Shown here one piece after another: positions 7,887-13,942 of a stretch of DNA of 36,924 nt; positions within the stretch are counted from its first letter, which is position 1, and each line of letters opens with the position of its first letter. The notes below the pieces were generated by a model, which saw only the letters and a list, made by a program, of their open reading frames with translations, was not told where the DNA came from and ran no database searches. Both the position numbers and the translations under genes were made by a program. This stretch comes from an uncultured Eubacteriales bacterium (GTDB taxonomy: Bacteria; Bacillota; Clostridia; Monoglobales; Firm-18), in the NCBI GenBank assembly GCA_905210885.1, contig CAJLYO010000001.1:1-36924 (forward strand). Reading direction: 5' to 3'.

Positions 7887-9170
7887 ATGAAAAAATTGGT
7901 TTGCCTGATATTTTCTTTAATACTGATTTTGCCGTCGGGGGTGTGTTTTGCGTTTCCGGAGATTAAGGCGGACTGCGCCATAGTTGCACTGACGGACGGA
8001 CAGCAGATTGTGTATTCCAAAAATCCGGAAAAGAAAATATCTCCCTCCGGGCTTACAAAGCTTTTTGCCGCTCTTACCGCTTATGACCTAAAGGACATAA
8101 ACGAAACGGTAATTGTGGACGAAAATATTACCGAATATGTTTCGCCTTACGAAATTTCCGCACGGCTTCAGCCGGGTGAGATGCTTAGTCTTTATGACCT
8201 TTTGGGCGCTTTGGTTGTGGGGTCGGCAAACGATGCCGCGTATCAGACCGCAATAACGTGCAGCGGCTCTGAGGAGGCGTTTGTTGAAAAGATGAACGCG
8301 AAGGCAAAGGCGCTGGGGCTTAAGAATACCAGGTTTACCAATGTGACCGGTTTTTATGACGAAAATCAGTATGTCTGCGCTTCGGACATGCTTACGGTTT
8401 ACAGAAAAATTTACGAAAACGAGGCGTTAAAAAAGCTGGTAAACCGCAGAAGCTGGGTTATCGAGCCTACAAACGTTTCAAAAAGGCGCACATTCTGGTC
8501 GAATAATCACTTGATTAACACATATTATGAAACAAAATATTTCTACAGTTACGCCGCAAGCGGAAAGATAAGCTCGTCATCGGAGGGTGGCTGTTCCGCT
8601 GTTACAACCGCGTCAAAGGGCGGAATGAATCTTATGTGCATTATACTTAATTCTCCTCTTGACAGCGGTATAAATTATTCGCTTGTGGATTCAAAAAATC
8701 TTTACGAATACGTGTTTGAAAACTACACACCGGTAACCGTTGTTAAGGAAAACGAGCTTATGTGCGAGTCAAAGCTTAAAAATGCATCGGGAGCATCATA
8801 CGTGCTTGTCAACGCGAAAACTCAGCTTAAGGGTATCGTGAAAAAGGGTGACGGCACGGACAAAATCGAAAAAAAACTTAATATACCCGAGGCTTTAAGC
8901 GCGCCTCTTGAAAAGGGGCAGAAGGTAGGTACCGCAAGTTTTTCCTATGACGGCAACACTGTGGGGTCGGTTAATTTAACGGTAGGCGATGATATAAGCT
9001 TTAACCCGGTTAAGTATGCGTTTAACGGAGTCGGCTGGTTTTTCGGTTTAAAAATAGTGCGGACGGTTATTGCGGTGGTTGTATTATTGTTTATCATACT
9101 TGCCGCGTCATTTGTATATTATGTAAATAAGGCGCAGAAAAAGCGTGTAAAACGGAGGAACAGAAAATGA
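7887..9170 (+). CDS. PBP5/DacF-like D-alanyl-D-alanine carboxypeptidase homologue with degenerate catalytic motifs and a C-terminal TM anchor
   Basis: Signal peptide present. It aligns by eye to low-molecular-weight PBPs (GSANDAA is the SxN box; SGSEEAFVEKMNAKAKALGLKNTRFTN). The expected PASxTK reads PSGLTK, so Gly55 (8049-8051) stands where the nucleophile Ser is expected, and KTG reads KIS (227-229). The C-terminus has a TM helix followed by KKRVKRRNRK. Confidence 0.8.
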   Translation: MKKLVCLIFSLILILPSGVCFAFPEIKADCAIVALTDGQQIVYSKNPEKKISPSGLTKLFAALTAYDLKDINETVIVDENITEYVSPYEISARLQPGEMLSLYDLLGALVVGSANDAAYQTAITCSGSEEAFVEKMNAKAKALGLKNTRFTNVTGFYDENQYVCASDMLTVYRKIYENEALKKLVNRRSWVIEPTNVSKRRTFWSNNHLINTYYETKYFYSYAASGKISSSSEGGCSAVTTASKGGMNLMCIILNSPLDSGINYSLVDSKNLYEYVFENYTPVTVVKENELMCESKLKNASGASYVLVNAKTQLKGIVKKGDGTDKIEKKLNIPEALSAPLEKGQKVGTASFSYDGNTVGSVNLTVGDDISFNPVKYAFNGVGWFFGLKIVRTVIAVVVLLFIILAASFVYYVNKAQKKRVKRRNRK

Positions 9171-10012
9171 TAACATTCTTTGAACAGATTGTAAGCGCTT
9201 TTAAATTTATAAGAATACAGGACTATATCGATATTTTGGTTGTTGCCTTCTGCATTTATCAGGGTATTAAGCTTGTTAAGGAAACACGGGCGGTTCAGCT
9301 TATAAAGGGTATACTTATCCTTGTTGTCGCGCTGCAGCTTAGCTCATGGTTCGGACTTCATATGGTAAATTATATTCTGATAAACACAATGCAGGTTGGC
9401 GTAATCGCTATTATTATCGTGTTTCAGCCCGAACTTCGCCGGGCTTTGGAGCAAATGGGCAGAAGTAAATTCAGCACGCTTTTTACAGGCGTTGACGTTA
9501 ACTCTCCGGAGATGCTCCAAAAGACCGCTCAGAGCATATGCGACGCGGCGCAGTCAATGTCAAAAAACCGCGTGGGTGCTTTGATTGTGTGGGAGCGCAG
9601 AACAAAAATCGGCGATATAATAAGGACCGGTGTGGATTTGGAGGCGGCTGTAAGTCCGGAGCTTTTGGTTAATATTTTCGTCCCAAACACTCCTCTTCAT
9701 GACGGAGCGGTGGTTATACGGGAAAACAGAATCGCGGCGGCGGCGTGTTTTCTGCCCCTCACCCAAAAGCAGGATTTAAGCATTGAGCTTGGAACGCGTC
9801 ACCGTGCGGCACTGGGTATTTCCGAGGCGTCTGACGCGGCGGTTGTGGTTGTGTCGGAGGAAACGGGTAAAATTTCCCTTGCCCTTGACGGCTCGCTTAC
9901 AAGAAATTTAACTGTTGAATCCCTTAAAAAAGCACTGGTTAAAATAATGTCGCCGGACAGCGTTACGGAAACAAGAAATCGCCTTAAGTTCTGGAAGGGG
10001 CTGAAAAAATGA
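9167..10012 (+). CDS. cdaA: Diadenylate cyclase CdaA (c-di-AMP synthase)
   Basis: Three N-terminal TM helices and a DAC domain with HDGAVVI and GTRHRAALG motifs. There is an ATGA start/stop overlap with the upstream gene. Confidence 0.92.
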   Translation: MITFFEQIVSAFKFIRIQDYIDILVVAFCIYQGIKLVKETRAVQLIKGILILVVALQLSSWFGLHMVNYILINTMQVGVIAIIIVFQPELRRALEQMGRSKFSTLFTGVDVNSPEMLQKTAQSICDAAQSMSKNRVGALIVWERRTKIGDIIRTGVDLEAAVSPELLVNIFVPNTPLHDGAVVIRENRIAAAACFLPLTQKQDLSIELGTRHRAALGISEASDAAVVVVSEETGKISLALDGSLTRNLTVESLKKALVKIMSPDSVTETRNRLKFWKGLKK

Positions 10013-10962
10013 AAAAGTTCTTTACTACCGATATTCCTACAAAGCTGTTGTCTTTGGGTATTGCCGTTGTTTTATGGGTGTATCTTGTGGTGCTTTTAAA
10101 TCCGCAGATTGAAACCACGTTTGCAAATATTCCCATAACATATTCCGACCATGCAAAGCTTTCGCAAAACGGTTATGTTATAACAAGCGAAACGGTTGAA
10201 AGCATTAATTTAAAGCTGCGCGGTTCGCGTAATATGCTGTCTAATGTTAATAAAAACAACATTTCCGCGTATATTGACCTTTCGGGCTGTGCCGCGTCTG
10301 GCACATATTCGCTGCCTATTCATGTCCGTCTGCCTTATGACGAGCTTGCGATTATTGATAAAAATCCGTATAATGTAAATATCGTTGTGGATAAGGTTAT
10401 AAGCCGCGAATTTGATATTGAGGTTATAACAAGCGGCGAGCCGAAAAGCGGCGTTCATATGGACAGCGCCAAGGCAAAGCTTGCGTCCGTAACGGTTTCC
10501 GGACCGTCCGAGATTGTAAAAAGCATTGATAAAGCGGTGGTTTATGCCGATGTGGGCGGAATTTCCGAAAGCAAAACGATTTCATCGGAAATCAAGATTT
10601 TAAACAGCCGCGGTGAGGACGTTAAAAGCGAATTTTTGACTGTCAGCGCGTCAAAAACCGACGTTGCATGCACTGTTTTGCTTGAAAAAACCGTCCCGGT
10701 TTCACTGGACGGAATATCCGTTCCGGAAGGATATGAAATTCACTCCGCTCTGCCTCAGACTGTTACCGTTATAGGGCAGAAGGAGGTTTTGGAAACTATT
10801 GACGAAGTTAAAGCCGCCGATTATACCTTTACCGAGGAAAATACCGAGGTGACAAAAATTCCTCTTGTTTTCCCCAACGGCGTAACTTCGGAAACGGAAA
10901 CGGTTGACGTGGTTATAAAACGAAGCGAGGCACAGGGGGAAAACGATGACGTTAACGGTTAA
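10009..10962 (+). CDS. cdaR: CdaA regulatory protein CdaR (YbbR-domain protein)
   Basis: An N-terminal TM anchor is followed by repeated YbbR-like beta-rich modules. It has an ATGA overlap with cdaA, which is the conserved cdaA-cdaR arrangement. Confidence 0.8.
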   Translation: MKKFFTTDIPTKLLSLGIAVVLWVYLVVLLNPQIETTFANIPITYSDHAKLSQNGYVITSETVESINLKLRGSRNMLSNVNKNNISAYIDLSGCAASGTYSLPIHVRLPYDELAIIDKNPYNVNIVVDKVISREFDIEVITSGEPKSGVHMDSAKAKLASVTVSGPSEIVKSIDKAVVYADVGGISESKTISSEIKILNSRGEDVKSEFLTVSASKTDVACTVLLEKTVPVSLDGISVPEGYEIHSALPQTVTVIGQKEVLETIDEVKAADYTFTEENTEVTKIPLVFPNGVTSETETVDVVIKRSEAQGENDDVNG

Positions 10963-12478
10963 TAACATTTCCATGCCCATTGACAGCACACCTGAGGACG
11001 CAAAAGCGGAGGCTGTCAGACGGTGCGGAATTGAAAAAGAAAAAATCACCGGTGTGCATATAAAAAAACGCTCGGTTGACGCACGGCGCGGAACCGTTAA
11101 TTTCGTGTATTCCGTTTTAATTGAGTACGGTCCGGCGGAAGAAAAGACGAAGACGCCCGTTTTCGGCACGAAAAAGCAGGAACACGGTATCGTGGTTATC
11201 GGCAGCGGCCCTGCAGGGCTTTTTTGTGCATACACTCTGGCACAAAACGGTTACGCTCCCCTTCTTTTGGAGCGCGGTGCCGACATGAGCCGCCGCACGG
11301 CGGACGTTGCCGGATTTTATTCCGGTGGAAATCTTAACGAAAATTCAAATATTCAGTTCGGTGAGGGCGGCGCCGGTACGTTTTCCGACGGAAAGCTTAC
11401 CACAAGGGTGAATGACGAAAGATGCGATACGGTTTTGCGGATTTTTGTTGACAACGGTGCAAAAGACGAAATACTCTACGACAGTAAGCCGCACGTGGGC
11501 ACCGATATGCTGAAAGATATTGTTGTCAGCATGAGAAAGACAATAATTAAAAACGGCGGTGAGGTTCGTTTCAATACCGCCGTGACGGATATAAAAACCG
11601 AAAACGGAAAGCTTCGCGCGGTTGTTGCGGATGGCTGTGAAATTCCGTGCGACAAGGCGGTTTTTGCCGTCGGTCATTCGGCGAGGGATACCTATGAAAT
11701 GCTGTACTCAAAAGGTGCGGCGATGACACCCAAGGCATTTGCCATGGGATACAGGATAGAGCATAAGCGTGAATTTATAGATGTTGCGCAGTACGGAAAA
11801 TTCGCCGGTCATAAAAACCTCGGCGCGGCGGACTACCGTCTTACTTATAACGAGCTGGGCAGAAGCTGTTTTTCCTTTTGCATGTGCCCCGGCGGTTTTG
11901 TTGTTGCGGCGGCATCGGAGCACGGCGGCATTGCGGTTAACGGTATGAGCGAAAACAGCAGAAACGGTGAAAATTCCAACAGTGCAATCGTTGCGCAGAT
12001 AACGCCGGAGGATTTTGACGGCATTTTCGGCGGAATGGAACTTCAGCGAAAATGCGAGCGTGCGGCATATGACATTACCGGTTCATATACAGCACCGGCG
12101 CAAAATTCCGCTGATTTTATAAACGGTGTCAAAAGCACACGGCTTTTGCATGTTAAACCCACCTATCCTTTGGGGTGCGAGCCGTGGTCACTTAAAGGAC
12201 TGCTCCCAAAATCCGCAGGCGCGGTAATTGCCCGGGGTCTTAAAAGCTTTGACAGAAAAATCAAAGGATTTTCCGAAAACGGCGTGCTCACAGGGGTTGA
12301 AACGCGTACCTCCGCGCCGGTCAGAATTTTGAGAAATGAGAATATGGAAAGCATAACGATTAAAAATCTTATGCCCATAGGCGAAGGGGCGGGCTATGCC
12401 GGAGGAATAATGAGCGCGGCTGTTGACGGAATAAAGGCGGCAGGCAGTATAATGAGCGAATTTTGCCTGAGATGTTGA
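10946..12478 (+). CDS. Uncharacterized FAD-dependent dehydrogenase (COG2509-like)
   Basis: Carries the Rossmann motif VVIGSGPAGLFCAY and the FGEGGAGTFSDGKL signature. It overlaps cdaR by 17 nt, and AGGGGGA lies upstream of the ATG. Confidence 0.8.
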   Translation: MTLTVNNISMPIDSTPEDAKAEAVRRCGIEKEKITGVHIKKRSVDARRGTVNFVYSVLIEYGPAEEKTKTPVFGTKKQEHGIVVIGSGPAGLFCAYTLAQNGYAPLLLERGADMSRRTADVAGFYSGGNLNENSNIQFGEGGAGTFSDGKLTTRVNDERCDTVLRIFVDNGAKDEILYDSKPHVGTDMLKDIVVSMRKTIIKNGGEVRFNTAVTDIKTENGKLRAVVADGCEIPCDKAVFAVGHSARDTYEMLYSKGAAMTPKAFAMGYRIEHKREFIDVAQYGKFAGHKNLGAADYRLTYNELGRSCFSFCMCPGGFVVAAASEHGGIAVNGMSENSRNGENSNSAIVAQITPEDFDGIFGGMELQRKCERAAYDITGSYTAPAQNSADFINGVKSTRLLHVKPTYPLGCEPWSLKGLLPKSAGAVIARGLKSFDRKIKGFSENGVLTGVETRTSAPVRILRNENMESITIKNLMPIGEGAGYAGGIMSAAVDGIKAAGSIMSEFCLRC

Positions 12479-12503
12479 CAAAACGCAAAAAAGAATGTAT
12501 AAT
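12475..12503 (+). promoter_or_regulatory. Orphan consensus sigma-A promoter overlapping the stop codon of the FAD protein gene
   Basis: TTGACA (12475-12480, containing the TGA stop), an exact 17-nt spacer, then TATAAT (12498-12503). No protein gene follows before a terminator about 60 nt downstream. Confidence 0.5.
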
Positions 12504-12509
12504 GAACTT

Positions 12510-12597
12510 AAAGATGGCAAGACCTCAAACGGTTATGCCACAAAGTGAACTACTTTAGCAGTAGCCGCCTGTGTCAGAGGCGGCTACTGTACTTTTA
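12510..12597 (+). ncRNA. Candidate ~87-nt small RNA bounded by a promoter and a terminator
   Basis: It is bounded by the consensus promoter at 12475-12503 and the 12-bp hairpin plus TACTTTT at 12559-12597. The only internal ORF has 14 codons and no SD. It is antisense to the 3' end of the minus-strand small-ORF transcript. Confidence 0.35.
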
Positions 12598-12680
12598 CTG
12601 AGCAAATAATTATCACGAGGATAACCGTAAAAACCGAAATAATCAGTTTTTTTGCCATATGTACAATGCTTACTTTTCAT
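12555..12680 (-). CDS. Alternative 41-aa ORF MKSKHCTYGKKTDYFGFYGYPRDNYLLSKSTVAASDTGGYC in the same transcript
   Basis: ATG 12680 lies 7 nt after AAAGGGGGA, which is good SD spacing. It is Tyr/Gly-rich and not hydrophobic, I recognise no family, and it overlaps the 24-aa ORF in another frame. Confidence 0.25.
   Translation of the reverse strand: MKSKHCTYGKKTDYFGFYGYPRDNYLLSKSTVAASDTGGYC
12559..12597. terminator. Strong hairpin terminator ending the cdaA operon, shared with the convergent minus-strand transcript
   Basis: A perfect 12-bp stem, CAGTAGCCGCCT (12559-12570) with AGGCGGCTACTG (12578-12589), has a 7-nt loop and is followed by TACTTTTACT on the + strand. The U-tract is weak and there is no U-tract on the - strand. 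Confidence 0.65.
12584..12658 (-). CDS. Candidate 24-aa hydrophobic peptide MAKKLIISVFTVILVIIICSVKVQ (type I toxin-like or small membrane protein)
   Basis: ATG 12658 to TAG 12584. It is a single TM-like segment flanked by Lys residues, and its stop codon lies inside the shared hairpin. There is no SD directly upstream: the nearest GGGGG is 29 nt away (12659-12687), across an 8-bp hairpin (12665-12687). Confidence 0.3.
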   Translation of the reverse strand: MAKKLIISVFTVILVIIICSVKVQ

Positions 12681-12778
12681 AAGCATTCCCCCTTTCATAA
12701 ACTCGGCATGTGCCTGTGAATATAAAAGCGGGCTTCACCGCCGGTGTAAACAACGTTAAGAAATCTTGCCTATTCGGT

Positions 12779-12807
12779 ATTATGCACCATAATTTTACTT
12801 TTTTCAA
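12779..12807 (-). promoter_or_regulatory. Sigma-A type promoter driving the minus-strand small-ORF transcript
   Basis: The minus strand has TTGAAA (12807-12802), a 17-nt spacer, then CATAAT (12784-12779). Confidence 0.45.
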
Positions 12808-12868
12808 GTATTTTTGCAGTAATGTTTAACTTGCACTCCATAAAATATTAAAAAATTTGTAAAAACTA

Positions 12869-12897
12869 TTGCATTATTTCTTTCTTTTATGTATAAT
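12869..12897 (+). promoter_or_regulatory. Sigma-A promoter of yajC and the SCIFF cluster
   Basis: TTGCAT (12869-12874), a 17-nt spacer, then TATAAT (12892-12897). Confidence 0.6.
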
Positions 12898-12926
12898 TAA
12901 TGTATTATGTATATGGAGGTTTGGGA

Positions 12927-13274
12927 ATGTTTAATGAGTTTATAGCATATGCTGCTCCGGTGGCCGACGCTGCCGCACAGACAGGCGAAGTGAGCACAGC
13001 TGCCGCTTTGGCTGCAAATATTCTTCCCTTTGCCGTGCTGATTCTTTTCTTCTGGTTGTTTATTATAAGACCCCAGAGAAAAAGAGAAAAGCAGACAAGA
13101 GAAATGCTTGCCGCGCTGAAAGTTGGGGATAAAATCACGACAATCGGCGGAATTGTGGGCAAGGTTGCAAGAATTAAGGATGACACCGTTACAATCGAAA
13201 CAGGTGCGGACAAGGTTAAAATTGTTTTCGAGCGCAAGGCGATTGCCTCGGTTGAACAAAAAATTTCTGACTGA
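12927..13274 (+). CDS. yajC: Preprotein translocase subunit YajC
   Basis: A single TM helix is followed by RPQRKREKQ..ML..LKVGDKI.T.GGI.G, the YajC signature. The start was moved to ATG 12927, 7 nt after GGAGG, because the track start at 12900 would precede the predicted transcription start. Confidence 0.88.
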   Translation: MFNEFIAYAAPVADAAAQTGEVSTAAALAANILPFAVLILFFWLFIIRPQRKREKQTREMLAALKVGDKITTIGGIVGKVARIKDDTVTIETGADKVKIVFERKAIASVEQKISD

Positions 13275-13334
13275 CATATTTAAACACCCCTTTGAATATC
13301 TATTTACAAAGGCTTTATTCGGAGGGTGTTTTAT

Positions 13335-13760
13335 ATGGATACAAATACCGTTGTAAAAGAAAACAAAAGCGTGCTGCCTTCGGCGCTGTGCGTCATTGTC
13401 AATGTGGCGGTGACATATGCCGTTATGCTTGTGTGCCTTTTTGTTTTCGCGTTAATCGTTACATATACCGATTTCCCGGAGGAATTTGTCTCCGCGGTGG
13501 TGCTGGTTATGACGGTTATAAGCATTATGCTGTCCGGAATACTTACGGCGCGCAAAAGCGGCAGAAAAGGCTGGCTTTGCGGCGCTGTTTCCGGTGTGGT
13601 TTATATGCTGACGCTGTTTGGTTTGTCCGCATTGGCGTTTAGAAATGCCGGTGTGGGTATAAACCTTGTTACCATGCTTGCCCTGGGGCTTTTTGCCGGG
13701 ACGTTCGGCGGTATACTTGGGATAAATATGAAAGGAGCAAGGAAAAATGAAAAACGTTAA
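13335..13760 (+). CDS. Small 4-TM membrane protein (TIGR04086-type, commonly found next to yajC and SCIFF)
   Basis: 141 aa with four hydrophobic helices. ATG 13335 lies 8 nt after GGAGGG; the track GTG at 13326 sits inside the SD. Its stop overlaps the SCIFF start by 14 nt. Confidence 0.7.
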   Translation: MDTNTVVKENKSVLPSALCVIVNVAVTYAVMLVCLFVFALIVTYTDFPEEFVSAVVLVMTVISIMLSGILTARKSGRKGWLCGAVSGVVYMLTLFGLSALAFRNAGVGINLVTMLALGLFAGTFGGILGINMKGARKNEKR

Positions 13761-13893
13761 AACTTTATGCGGCGCAACCCTTAAGGCAAGCGCTTCAAAG
13801 GGCGGCTGCGGTGAATGTCAGACTTCCTGCCAGTCAGCTTGCAAAACTTCCTGCACTGTTGCAAATCAGAAGTGCGAAAACAAAAATAAATAA
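13747..13893 (+). CDS. scfA: SCIFF (six-cysteine) ranthipeptide precursor, 48 aa; absent from the ORF track
   Basis: Encodes MKNVKTLCGATLKASASKGGCGECQTSCQSACKTSCTVANQKCENKNK. GGAG at 13734-13737 lies 9 nt before the ATG. The core GGCGECQTSCQSACKTSCTV.NQ.CE matches the near-invariant SCIFF core as I recall it. Confidence 0.88.
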   Translation: MKNVKTLCGATLKASASKGGCGECQTSCQSACKTSCTVANQKCENKNK

Positions 13894-13900
13894 TTAAATT

Positions 13901-13926
13901 CGGGTGCCCCGGCACCCGTTTTTTTT
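13901..13926 (+). terminator. Intrinsic terminator or attenuator between the SCIFF precursor and its maturase
   Basis: Stem CGGGTGC (13901-13907) pairs with GCACCCG (13912-13918), with loop CCCG and then eight T (13919-13926). Confidence 0.7.
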
Positions 13927-13942
13927 AGAAAGGGTTATACAG

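Noticed and set aside
12534-12578. A 14-codon ORF (MARPQTVMPQSELL) lies inside the candidate plus-strand small RNA.
   Set aside because: It has no SD upstream and is very short. The transcript is more plausibly non-coding.
13292-13642. A 116-aa alternate-frame ORF overlaps the 4-TM membrane protein gene.
   Set aside because: Its Arg/Cys-rich composition is that of a frame artefact. The 13335-13760 frame gives clean TM helices and has an SD.
13904-13942. The ORF track gives an N-terminal extension of the SCIFF maturase (MPRHPFFLERVIQ).
   Set aside because: The GTG start and the first 8 codons are the terminator hairpin and its T-tract. The internal ATG at 13943 has an SD and gives the family-typical N-terminus.
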